DNA from: Octopus vulgaris
Lineage: Eukaryota
Length of the DNA stretch: 64,000 nucleotides
Assembly (NCBI GenBank): GCA_951406725.2
Contig: OX597822.1
Coordinates: 88,722,001-88,786,000 of the forward strand
Direction: 5' to 3'
The position numbers and the translations under genes were made by a program. The notes below the pieces were generated by a model, which ran no database searches, was not told the origin of the DNA, and saw only the letters and a list, made by a program, of their open reading frames with translations. How positions within the stretch are numbered: the stretch's first letter is position 1; the number at the start of each line of letters is the position of its first letter. This document shows, in pieces, positions 1 through 53,600 of the stretch.

Positions 1-232
1 TTGTCAAGCAATACCTGGGGGACAAACACAGACACACACACATACATACATACATACATATATATATACCACGGGCTTCTTTCAGTTTCCGTCTACCAAA
101 TCCACTCACAAGGCTTTGGTCGGCCTGAGGCTATAGTAGAAGACACTTGCCCAAGGTGCCACGCAGTGGGGCTGAACCCGGAACCATGTGGTTGGTTAAC
201 AAGCTACTTACCACACAGCCACTCCTGCACCT
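1..232 (-). mobile_element. tRNA-derived SINE (octopus OK-type), partial
   Basis: Minus strand begins GGTGCAGGAGTGGCTGTGTGG (A box) ... GGTTCAGCCCC (B box); homologous copies recur throughout the window. Confidence 0.85.
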
Positions 233-249
233 AAATATATAGATAGTTA

Positions 250-1620
250 TCTTAATAGAGCCAACTTATACAGAGTACAAACGATAAAGAAAATTAAAGG
301 GGAGGAAGAAAGGTGTTATAAGTCCAACAGCTGTTTCTGGGGGCTCACAGATCCATCATAATGTTGGTAGATGTAGTTCATCTGTAATGAAAGCAATCAA
401 CATTGGATAAATCAAGCCTCTGTCATCAGGGTAGAAAAGCTCTTACATTTTAGATCATAATGCAGCGAAGTTCAAAGGTGGAATGATTGAATAGGGAGAG
501 CAAGCCATATTAGAGGCAGAAAGTAGGAGGGCCAATGGGGTTATGAGGAGCGTTAAGGCAGAGAATGGTGAGAGGAGGTAAGAGAGTTAGTTCAAGAAGA
601 GGGCAGGAGTTAATAATGAGGGTATTAAGAGATGTGGAGAATTGGGAGATGAGTGGGGGGGTAGTAATTGAAGGGTGGTTAGTTGTTGTTGGATCTGTGT
701 ATAGGTTTCAAAGTTTAGGAATGATAGCTATAGAATTATTAGAAGTTGAGATTGTGAGAAAAGGGATGGCAATTATTTGAAGGAGGAAAAGTGTCTAATT
801 TGGTAACAGAAGATTACTAAGGTATGTAGAATCCTTCTAAGTACAGGAAGCATGAGATCCTACATTTCGTACCACCTTTCTCCTTCCAAGGTAAATCTCT
901 ACCCAAACTTTTCTTTAAAATCCTAAACTCTAACTTCCCAGTGCAGCATAAATACTACTCTATCTTCAATAAATCATTTATTAAAATCTCCTGTTCCACC
1001 TCACCTAATTTAGGATCCATAATTACCTCCTGTAACAGATGCAAGCTATAACACCAATTTTTGAGAACCTATCATTTATCCCACTGCACCCCACCTTGTG
1101 GCAATAATACAACCCTTAGTGACCCCACTCAACTCAATAATACCAACCTCAAGGCATCTCCCCACAATACTACCCATATGACCACATATACCAGTGGATA
1201 TATAAATTCTCACTTGAACACCGATACCAATTATATCTCTAGTTCTTCTCTACTGACAACAGACCATAGGAACCTGACTTCTCCAGCGGTAAACTTCAAC
1301 CACAGATCAGGTAGGAAAACTTGCAATTGTCAGGTGTCTCATCCCTGCCCTCTTAGAGTCTACAAGTACTGAATTATAACACTATGGTCACACCAAGCAA
1401 GGGTCTATATTGGTGGCACTGTTGATTTCAAGAGCTGCTACCCGACATGCATGAACTCTTTCTCCAACTAAATCCTAAATTATCTATCTCATTAGCAACT
1501 TATATACACAACCTCAGATCCCAAAATGTTCCCTAAACCCTATCCTGGTCCATAGTATGTGAGGCTCCTCCATACAACACAAATTTTGGCATTTGTAAAT
1601 TGTGTTTAAGGGAATCACTG
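250..1620. mobile_element. Degraded Penelope-like element: inverted pseudo-LTR (~250-780, minus) plus GIY-YIG endonuclease remnant (~900-1620, plus)
   Basis: Plus-strand fragments FKILNSNFPVQHKYYSIFNKSFIKIS..PNLGSII, CNC....CPL, VYIG and CKLCLRE; hammerhead motif on the minus strand at 321-434. Confidence 0.75.
321..434 (-). ncRNA. Type I hammerhead ribozyme motif, decayed stems
   Basis: CC-CUGAUGA-(long stem II, mismatched at base)-GAA-ACAGCUGU-U-GG. Confidence 0.6.
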
Positions 1621-2655
1621 ATGACGACAATGATGACAATAATGGCAACGATAATAACAATGATGATGGTGATGATGATCGCAAAGTTTCTGAACTATCT
1701 GCTCAGAATTTTTGTTTAAAACATGTGTATTTTGAACAAAATTCCATGTATTTAACATAGATGCAGGTATACCCAAGTGGTTAAAAAACTTAATTTGTAA
1801 TCATGAGTTTCTAAGTTCAATTCTACAGCAGGACATATTGGACAGGCAGTTTTCATCATAGCTCTATGTTCACGTAGGTCTTATGAATGGAATTCAATAG
1901 CTGGAAACTGTGTAGAAACCTGTCAGATGAGTTGTACCTGTATTTCAAAGGTCAACCTTTATTATATCATGTCACACCGATATTACTGTAGGTGCAGTTG
2001 CCTCCCTTGACAGCGGCCATTTAAACAAGCTCAGCTAGATGGTGCAAGCAGTAGTGAGATTCTGACACAAGGCCTTGCGACTTTCTCTTTTCTCGTCAAG
2101 ACATCAGACCATAAAGACATAATTATGTTATCTTTATTCAGGCACCCACTATCCATTTATCTCTCCTCTCATTGCCTAGACAAAGGTGACAGCACAACTG
2201 ACAGTGAAAAATCCTAGACTGTCTATTGTGCAGAATGTTGGTCCTTTGGAGCTCCTCCTTTGTTCATGCTTTTCTTGTCGGTGTTGATTTATGGCAAATA
2301 TACAGTGAACATTAATGGCATTAACTGCTAGTCGTTGTTATTTTTAAATGAAAATACTTATTTTTAATTGAGCATGCATGTATGTGTGTGTATGAGTTTG
2401 TGCATATATATATTACAATTTAAAAATAGGATAAAATCTTTATAAGAATTTATCAAGTAGTCAGCATGAAAAACCTCGTAAGAGAAAAAAATCCACCAAT
2501 TTTTTTCACTTTAATATATTTATTTATATTATATAGAGGGCATTACTACACATAAATGCCACACACTAGGAGGGACTCTTAAAGTCAAAACTACTAAAAT
2601 AAATGCATCGTACCGAATGCAACTCTCGAAGCAAGTCATTTAAAAACAGAATTTA

Positions 2656-2719
2656 GCTGCAGATCACCGTGATTTCGTAATCAGTGCAGTGATGCACTCT
2701 TTTACTCATCGGTGCAAGC
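2656..2719 (-). ncRNA. Type I hammerhead ribozyme motif, U4C core variant, in a short Penelope-like pLTR (~2414-2800)
   Basis: GCUUGCA-CCGAUGA-GUAA..UUAC-GAA-AUCAC(G)GUGAU-C-UGCAGC; all three stems pair. Confidence 0.7.
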
Positions 2720-2811
2720 ATAATTCAAGATTTATAACAACCATCGTATCCAACGTAGTGTATAGAAATTCAACGTATCCAACGTAGCATATAGAAAAGT
2801 ATATATATATA

Positions 2812-3195
2812 TACTCTTTTTACTCTCTTTTATTTGTTTCAGCCATGTGACTGTGGCCATGCTGGAGCACCGCCTTTAGTCGAGAAAATCAACCCCAGGA
2901 CTTATTCTTTGTAAGCCTAGTACTTATTCTATCGGTCTCTTTTACCGAACTGCTAAGTTACAGAGATGTAAACACACCAGCATCGGTTGTCAAGCGATGT
3001 TGGGGGGACAAACACACACACACTCATACACACATACGACAAACTTCTTTCAGTTTCCATCTACCAAATCCACTCACAAGGCTTTGGTCGGCCCAAGGCT
3101 ATAGTAGAAGACACTTGCCCAAGGTGCCATGCAGTGGGACAGAACCCAGAACCACGTAGTTGGTAAGCAAGCTATTACACACAGCCACTCCTACG

Positions 3196-3198
<3 letters not shown>
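2812..3198 (-). mobile_element. tRNA-derived SINE, near full length
   Basis: A/B-box head at the right end, CA microsatellite in the middle, CR1-like tail at the left; flanked by (TA)n. Confidence 0.88.
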
Positions 3199-3247
<49 letters not shown>

Positions 3248-3289
3248 GATAAACAGAAAATATGGAATGTACCAACAAAAAAATTTATA

Positions 3290-3402
3290 CTACCACAACA
3301 ATTGTTTCATCTTCAAGATGCACTGCTCCTTTGTGGGCATGGAACAATGCAATAACACCAGATGCAATGCACAGTGAATAGAAGACTCCTCAGGTGTGAT
3401 AA
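3290..3402 (-). ncRNA. Type I hammerhead ribozyme motif, intact core, long stem II
   Basis: CAC-CUGAGGA-GUCUUC..GAAGAU-GAA-ACAAUUGU-U-GUG; predicted cleavage between 3297 and 3296. Confidence 0.72.
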
Positions 3403-4149
3403 TAAGGTTCTAAGCTGGGAGATTTACATTTGAGTTTCACTGAATTGAGAGATTTTAAGAATTAGACAAACGAACAGAAGCACACATTCTTATGTTTAAA
3501 TCAATGCAAAGACATACAGATGCACACATTAATAATTATACTCATGGGCACATGCCAGCTCTTACCACAAGTATGTACGTCAATCAATCACACACACCCA
3601 CAGTTATACACACATACAGGAACACACCTCACACACGGACACATCCCTCAGGGCACAAAGATTCACCTACCCAGACACATACAGAGATCACATCAACACT
3701 GCCACCATGGAGCACACATACACACTCACACAGGCAAACTCATACCCTCATGCAATGCTCACACACCCACACACTCCCATGTGCACCCCATCACACACAC
3801 AAGCACCCTATCACACACACAAGCACCTCATTACACCCACACCACAGGACATACAAATCCAAATGTACATTAACCCCACACAATCTCACATGTCTGCAGG
3901 CAAGTACACTTAAACACTCACACAATTATACACACACACATTCATACACATCAGTATACACCAGAGACATCCACTCAGCACATATATAAACATACAGGCA
4001 TATAGAAACACCCGACACAATTTATTCCACTAAACAAACACAAAACACTAGCATAAATAAGCTTAACACCAAAAAAGAAACTACACTGTCCTTTGGTACA
4101 ACCCAATCTATGCCTCAAATGTAACTTCTAAAATCGCCAGACAATTTTT

Positions 4150-5430
4150 GGCAGCCTTTGATAAATGCTTCCTGAAATATGAACAAAAGCCAACTATGCC
4201 CTCCTCTCTTGATACTTCTCAACATCAACAAAGATCGAACATCAGTACAGAAGTTGCAGAAATTCGACAAATGAGTTCTGCATTAAGCAGGAATTAAAAC
4301 CAGCGTCTATGCAAAACCTCACAATGAGGGATCATATCGGAGTGCCTTGCTCAACAATTTACCCATAGCTCTTACGCATCGAGGAAGTCACTGAATCAAC
4401 TACCCATGAAGTAATTGTCATCGGAGTATCGGAAGATGTGGTAGATCTACAGGCATTTACTGGCAACACACCTAAGGACCTAAGCTGTGTACCTCCAAAA
4501 AGTGCTTTCCGCCTTGGCCATCCAGGATCCAAACCCAGATTGATTAGGCTGTTGTTTTCGAACTCTACTGAGGCGCGGACATACCATCTAGCCACTGATA
4601 GGGCTTGGCATGTAAACAGAATTACCTTTCGGACACGTCCTGGTCTACCACCTGATGTACGCCCAAAGCTAAGATCTGTAGCTTCCCTAAATCACAACTC
4701 TGTGCCACAGGAAAGCTTTAGCCTATGTGACGATGGGCAAATATGGAAATTCATCAAGTCTGATGAGTCGTGGATAAGGGATATCAGTTGGTCTGAGCAT
4801 ACTGCACCCACAATAACTGGCAATACAAAAATCCTGGGAAACTAAACAAGAACAATCAGCCATCCCCTGTATATCATCGTCATCTGAAATCCAGATACAA
4901 ACTGTTGTCCTTAAATGCCCATAGTTTATGCAACAAGGTACATCATTTTAACTCTTACATCAAAAGTATCGACTCGCATTTCATCAGTCACGGAAACATG
5001 GGTACATTCTGCACTCTGTGATGGGGTTTTCAGCATAGCTGGCTACAACCTGTTCGGCAAAGACCACATTAATTGCTGTGGTGGGAGTGTGATGGTTTAT
5101 GTTCATTCAAATTTATCGGCAATTCCTTCTGATGATTTGAACCAATCTCAACAGGAAGTATTTTTCTGCAATATTCACATGACCATGTATCACTTCTACT
5201 TGGAGTTGTTTACCGCCCCCCCATATTATCATCAAGACACACAACTTTTTGATATCCTCAGAGTTGCTGCCATGATTTCCTTGAACTGGTGCTGAATTCA
5301 AATTGATCTCAAGTTGTTACGTCCCCCAGAAGGGGTAACAAAACTTTGGATCTGCTATTTACTGCTTCTCCTGGAACAATTATTAGTGTCACTCCTGAAG
5401 AACCTTTAGGCGACTCTTGTGTTGATATCA
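4150..5430 (+). mobile_element. Degraded CR1/L2-type LINE, ORF1 and AP endonuclease remnants
   Basis: FRLGHPGSKPRLIRLLF (ORF1-like); VTETW...IAGYNLF.KD....GGSVMVYV (APE motifs); frameshifts and stops. Confidence 0.75.
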
Positions 5431-7191
5431 AGTTATGTCTGTAAACAAGCATTACTGTCATTGTTGTCTATTTCCATTCTTCCCCGGGAAACATGTCTGG
5501 CCATAGGAAATATTACCTTACTTGGAAACCAGTGAGGGCTGCCAGCAAAAATAGCATTGAAAAATCTGCATCAACAAATGCTGTGTATCCCTGCAAACAT
5601 GAGAAAGTGGGTGTGAAATGACGATGACTAATTATCAGTCTTCAACACTTCAAACATTTATGTTCCTATATAAACCCAAGGTCATCATAGATTTATACAG
5701 CTGGAGAAATGAGATCGTAGAAGAAATGCTTTTCTTAAGAGCAAATAAGCTTAAAATTCAATGCAAATAAGATTAAATTCAGAATCATGATTCTACACAG
5801 AATAGGTCAAAAGCTTGCTGAATGTTCCCTAAAGTCATTAACCCTATGGTGTTCAAATTTCTCTATTAAATGTAATACTTTTTCACTCAAATTGTTTTGA
5901 ATTAATCATGCATTATGTTATAGTTTTGAGGTTTCAATGATATGATTGTTTATTTTTAGAATGTCACTGTAGGTTAGGTGTGAGAGGCTAGATATGGCCA
6001 GTTTGAATATAAGACATGTAGAATATTTGGGCCGGATAAGGCCAGTTTAAATACTCATATCTAATACAGGTTTCTTTTGAGTAGACATACAGTCAGTTTT
6101 GTAGAGTAATGTGTTGATTCAACTGGTATTTTACTGACACTAAAAAAAATGAAAGGCAAATTTGACCTCAGCAGGATCTCAGCACAGCAAAATGAGAGAT
6201 AAAACTGAAACTAAAAGGAGTTATTCAAGGAATTGAACTATTACTGTCACTGGATTGCCCAGACAAATTTTCCCAAACTTCCTGTTCATAACAACTTCTC
6301 TGAAGTCCAACTATCTCAGACACATAACTAATATTGATAGGGAAAGAAATGGATAGAACATACATTGTGTTTCTATGTTCTCTGATACCAACTTGATAAG
6401 TGTTTTTAACATTTTTCTTACCATATTTCTATTAAAAGCACCCTCTTTATTTCAAGTAATTTAAAAAATAATGAATTCAGTAACATAACTTTGTTAAGCT
6501 GATGTTTGGAACATAAATTAATATGAAATTTAATTTAGATCACTTGAAAACAGAAAGTTTGTAGAAAAAAGCCAGGGGCAGTCTCAAGTGGGTTGCTATC
6601 AAAAGGGTCAAGTCAATATGTTTATAAATAAACAATGGAAGTCCTTTCTTCCAGGTTTTCAGAGATTGAAAAAGGATAGACAAAAACAAAAGACAGTTTT
6701 AATGAGATATAAAAGAAGAAAATATGTATTGATTCAACTTTGTAAGGTAAAGAAAAACCGATGTTCACCACTTGATTTGAATAAAAGATGATAAATATCA
6801 GTCAGTAAACTCTTTGATACAGATGCCAGATAAAATGCAAATAAAGTGCAACAATAAAAATGTCTTCAAATAATACAGCATTTCAATGAACTGATGAAAC
6901 TTCAAGCAACACAGATTCTAAATTATTATACATATATAATCACAGCTTTTTGTTGAATTATATTCAAATTATATTTATATCTGGTTATGTAAAAATATCC
7001 TCTATTTTCTTCTTTTTCTTTAAAAGTAATATCAGAGACTAAAATACATTTTAGCAGTTAAAATATTTTAATCTGTTTTGCATTTTATATCACAATATTA
7101 TATTATATGTAAGCATATAACATTTATGCATACATGTACTACTTCACATCCAGTGTACATAACTAAAATATTAGTAATTCAGTGTATATAT

Positions 7192-7231
<40 letters not shown>

Positions 7232-7268
7232 GTATGTACACCACAAGCACATGCAAAATGTGCGCGTG

Positions 7269-7301
<33 letters not shown>

Positions 7302-8683
7302 ATATATAATCACAAATGCATGCACATACATACACAGAGACAGAGATATTATGAATGAATCAGCAAATTTTGATATATACATGTGTAAGAATGTGTGTGT
7401 GTAATTATATCATTTACCAATATAATTTTTATATGAAATCTATACATAAATAAAACTTCTTTTGTTTATTCTTGTTTAGAATTAGGAGATGTTCAAGTCT
7501 TCTTCAATATCAGAAACCAGTTTCTTCATTTATTTTTCAGACCAGTCTTCTTATCTTCTTAACGAGTGTACTCATTGTATGATACATACACTCTTACACA
7601 GTTCCTATTAATTCAGTGTATGCCCTACTTCTTAACATACTAAAGTGTGGAACAATATTACTAATATGCTTATGTTTTAATTATTCAGCACAGTCTGTAT
7701 TTAATACCCACAATATAGCACTAATTAAAAACCAAATTCTGATTAAAGTCCTTTAAACCTGTTTTTATATTATACAAAATTAAAACAAGAAATAAACAAA
7801 GGAAAATTATAATGTTGCTTTTAGATGGTTCTCACATATTTACAAGTAAATTAAACCTGTCTAGACATTAAGTGCAATATAATGTAATTTACCACTAATT
7901 TTCAAAATTAGTCTAACCTAAATTAATTTTATTGATTTATAAAAATACCTTTATTTAGTTAATTATTGATTACAGTTAATATATTTGCTTTCAGTGAGTC
8001 ATAATATTATTTTCTGAAGCAGAGATAAAACGTTTGGAATATTTACTAAAATTGCATACGGAACCTACTCTCTGACTGGAAAACAGAGCAACAGCTGCGC
8101 AATAAAAATTCTTTATCATTATCATCACTGGTGTAGACACCACTATCGTCGTCATCATCATTAATATTTGTGCAATATTTTGACCAGTAAGAATACTGAA
8201 TAATATATCAACTACATTACAGCAAACACACTGTGTTCTTATCAAATTTAGTTCTTGGCATAACTACTTGAACTTTTTATATTGTTCAATATGTCCTAAG
8301 CCAAACAAAATTGTCCAAATATTTTTTAAAAATATAAATAAACTATACATCCTCTTTATGCACATACATACCTACACCTCTATATATATATATATATATA
8401 CATATATACATATATATACATATATGCCTTTATATATATACATATATATACATATATGCCTTTATTCCCATATATACATATACATGCATGCATATATATA
8501 CGCACACACACACACAATAGAAATAATCTCTAATATAGATTATACGTATTGCAAATATTTTTAGCAAGCAGAGAAACCAAAGCCATTGGGTATAGTAAAA
8601 AGCTCTGCCAGTTAAAAATAATACAACTCCAGTTTATTTTATTTTATGAGAGTCAGCAATTGCATTCAACAATTGTCTTCAGT

Positions 8684-49812
<41,129 letters not shown>

Positions 49813-50491
49813 CTTGAGGCAGCAATGATGGGTTACTTCAAAATATTACATAAACTGACGGATAAACAATGTAATCGAGGGAATGAACAATATTGAAAAG
49901 TCCGAATGAGATGAGGAAGTTTTAGTTTTCTGATATGGTCTGTTGTGCTACGAAGTATTTTGAAATCTGTTTAGTTTTAGCAAGAAAAAGTGTTTTCGTA
50001 AGAGTACCATTGTAAATTAGCAAATGTTTACTGTTTATGAACTCATTGTGTGTTCATCGTTTCATTGTGAAGAGTTGTGTTGATCTGAACAACAATAACA
50101 AGAGACAATGTTGTGACACATCAGCAACTGTCAGCAGGATCGACGATGACGTGGCTCTCCCTTAACAAATCTCGTTAACTACGTAGTCACCAAAAGTGAT
50201 TGTTGAAAATACTTCAAACTTATATTTGTCCGATAGATTAGGTAGATTTACTAAACAGAAAATCTTTATTAGCGAAGATTAATAAGGGATTTATTTATAT
50301 ACATGTTTATAAATTTATTTATAGAAATGTTTATAAATTTATTTATAGACTTATTTCATTAAAAAGCCATCCCAATGGGTTTGGTTGCTATGCGATAACT
50401 TAGAGTTATTTCCTCTTCGCTTGCAATTAGTGGCCGCCAGATGTCGATAAATATCCTTCCGTTCTGTATTTCTTTCAGAAGTTTTATCGTC
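49813..50491. promoter_or_regulatory. Bidirectional promoter and 5'UTR region of CREB3-like and ALG3, with UPRE/CREB3-type site GATGACGTGGC at 50145-50155
   Basis: Divergent start codons 679 bp apart; CpG-richer than flanks; exact GATGACGTGGC; second ACGT palindrome ACTACGTAGT at 50178-50187; CCAAT at 50372. Confidence 0.75.
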
Positions 50492-50651
50492 ATGCTACAA
50501 TCACAGTGGGTGAAAGTTCGATCCCACATGGCCCGACTGCCGGCCCTTGTGGAAAGAATTCTTTATGATCCACGTTTTCCATTGCCGATAATGTTTTGTC
50601 TTTTCCTGGCAGAAATCGTCGTTAATTACTTTATTATAAACGAAATAAAAT
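50492..50651 (+). CDS. ALG3: ALG3 first coding exon
   Basis: [16 protein letters not shown]...[17 protein letters not shown]; donor GTAAGT at 50652. A strong acceptor (TTTCTTTCAG ending 50478) suggests an upstream exon, so the start codon is uncertain. Confidence 0.85.
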
Positions 50652-53600
50652 GTAAGTTGCTTGTCTCCTCTCTCTTGATTGTGTGGAACAGTAAATATAG
50701 TTTGTGTACTTTTAAACTTTTTTTGCTTCCTAGTTATGCGATGTGCATTCACTGTCTTTAACATAATGAGATAGCACAGATGATAATAAAGTGAACCCAG
50801 AATAAAACCGTTCTGTTTATGAGTTTAACTTCATAACCAGCTGATCTAGCAAGCGGGGCCTCATATCAGTGAGGGGGGCCGGTGCGCATTGATGCCGTCG
50901 AGAGGTATACGGAGCTTTTGACTGGTAGCACTAGCATGTGCAAGTTGTTTGCAAGACATGCTGAAATAGAGCTGAAGGGTAGTGATAACATTTATCTGTA
51001 AACATGCTTGGCGAATTCTTTAATTCTACACGCTACATAAAAAGGTTGAGTGCTGTCAATAACAATTCAAGAGTTTGAAGGATGTTTGGGGAATTGTGTT
51101 TCAAGTTTTCGGCAAAAGAAATATAGAAAATTGGTAATCGAGAATTCATTCGAAAATGCTGTTTGAGACATCAAAGTGACAAAATAAGGGCAAGCGCTCT
51201 CACTTACAAAGAAGAAACAAGATAGCTCGACCTGCTGGAAATAGCAGCCAAATCGCTCTCAAATTTCACCCCCTACTTTAAGGAAAAAGACATGTACACT
51301 TCAGTGTTGTCCTACATACAACATGCCTTAAAATAGAATGGGATAGTGGCGGCTTGAGTAATTCCTTTCATCATAAGCGTGCTCGATCGGGTTTTACCTG
51401 CTCCCACATAATAGGAACAAAAAATTAAACGTTTAATTCATTTCAGTGATGAGTTATATGTTGACTAACTGACGTTTAAAAATCCTGTTGCGCGGTGCCC
51501 TTTTTATACTCCAACAGAACTCTCTCTCTCTCTCTCTCTCTCTGAGCCATCTACCTTTAAAGGAAAGTCTCGATCTCTTGGTAGAAGGTGGGGGCGCTTC
51601 ACTTCAAAATGCATCGCATGCCTATTTAAAGATGCGGGCTTCAACGATGCGAAATTACTATTGCTAATAGCAATTTCTTACATTTTCTCATACTTATTGG
51701 AAATCACTCCCAGCATATAATTAGTCTTATCTACACTGGAGTGAGGAAATGCAAAGTTGACTCCAGTGGGATTTGAAATCTGAATGTAGAGAGATATAAC
51801 CCGAGGTGGGCACCATTAATCGAAAGTTGATTTTGTTAATCCTTTAATTCTTTGAAAATGTAACGGAAGTTATCGTTAACTTTTATTGAAAAAAAAGGCA
51901 TAACTACAGTTTAATACCCCATTGACTTTGTTACCTCATAACTTCCAGAAAATGGATATTATGGGTTAATATTTACAATATTACCCTTTTTAACGAAACT
52001 TCCACCAAATAATCGCTTATATCCTGTAGATTGAGTGTATATGAAGATTTGTTAGAAAATATTTTCCCCCTCGTAACTTTCTGGAAAATAGGTATTGTTT
52101 AATGAAATTTTATACAAATACTTTTCAAACGGTGAAGATTACAATTAAAAAGAAATTTGTAGGCAAATTTTTTTGGAAGGGGCGGAGTTTCGGATCAGAC
52201 GGCCCACATAAGTTGGAGTTTCTCCGTTTTGATGGGGATTTTTTCCAATGTTTTTCACCAGAGTCTTTAGAATAATGGAAGGCATCTTTTCATGAAAAAA
52301 AAATGGGAAAAATTTTGAAAATTTTTTTCACTCCTGCCACCTTCTCACCACCTCAGTCCAAAACGATTTTGGCCGTTTTTTTCAATACACACTTAAAACC
52401 CGTGAGAGAAACATTTTCGGTTCAAAAAAAAATTGTTAATAATTTCAGAGGAAAATGTGTGATTGAAGGGAGACCTAGCTGTTGTTTCTAGCACATCCCA
52501 AAACCTCCCTCGTTTCTTTCTCACTCACACATCTATTGATATTTTTCTCCCCATAAACAAATTTTATCGAATGATGATGTCGAAGTAACACACGTGTTGT
52601 CCCAACCAAGCGAAGCCATGTTATGTGTGTAAGAAAAAAGACGCCTAAAATCATCTGTAGTGTTCATATTAATCTGTCAAATGTAATGCTTATTTGTTCA
52701 TATTGTTTTGAATTATTCAGGTTCAAGAGGGGTGTCCACAATATTTGCTTGTAACTTTGTAAATTTTTTACATACAGATTTGAAATTTTGTCAGTGGGTG
52801 CTTTATATACCACTGGTTTGTAGTTATGTATGTAATTTTAGCTGATTTTGCAGAGTAAATTTGACTTTTATGGGCAGGTAAATTTAATCAACAGGTGCAT
52901 TATGGATAAACACTAAAATTGACATTCTTAATGCGTCTTACCTGTTTGATTTATTATTAAAATTATTCCAGATGGCAACAAACAAAATTCTGCACTTTTC
53001 AAGATGAGGTAATTTGATTTGAATTAATTAAAATACAGGTATAATCAGTACAAGATTTTATTCTTTCGGTAAATATTTCATGTTTCAGTGTGAAATAATT
53101 TTTTTCCCACAGTTTTTATGGGTGCATTCAATGTAGCTGACTTTTAAGCCCATTGCATGCCACTTTTTCCAGACAAGAAAGGTGGGAAGGGTGGTGGGGA
53201 CCTCAAATTTTCCCATGTTTTGTTTCACGAGTCTTTTTTCTTTTCCATGTTATTTTGCATGCTTTCATCAAATGTGATGTCGAAATCACACATAAACAGC
53301 TCCTTTTTCCAGGAAAGGAAAGATTTGGCTGTTATTTCTAGCATGCCCTGCTCCTACGTAACAGCTATTTGTGTTCACACCAAAATATTTACAAAGTTTT
53401 TTCCCTCCATTTATTTTTTGCACTTTATGGAAGTCAATATTTTCTCTGTTGACGTCTACCTCAGTTAATTTTGCTTTTCTTCCAGTTCTGTGCTTTCTGG
53501 AAGAAAAGCCCTCACATTATCTCAAAGCTACGAGAATTCACTAATGAGATTCGTTTATCTTCTAAAAGATTTCGTAGAGGAATTAGATAAAATGGGTTTG

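Noticed and set aside
3130-3198. tRNA-like A/B boxes here and at ~63110-63180
   Set aside because: SINE heads with no complete cloverleaf; not tRNA genes.
3492-3989. His/Thr-rich 165 aa ORF
   Set aside because: Degenerate CA-rich low-complexity sequence adjoining a Penelope-like pLTR; no splice or domain support.
50431-50449. CTCF-like TGGCCGCCAGATGTCGATA and nearby X-box-like GTTGCTATGCGATAAC
   Set aside because: Mismatches at core positions; cannot be supported without PWM scoring or conservation.
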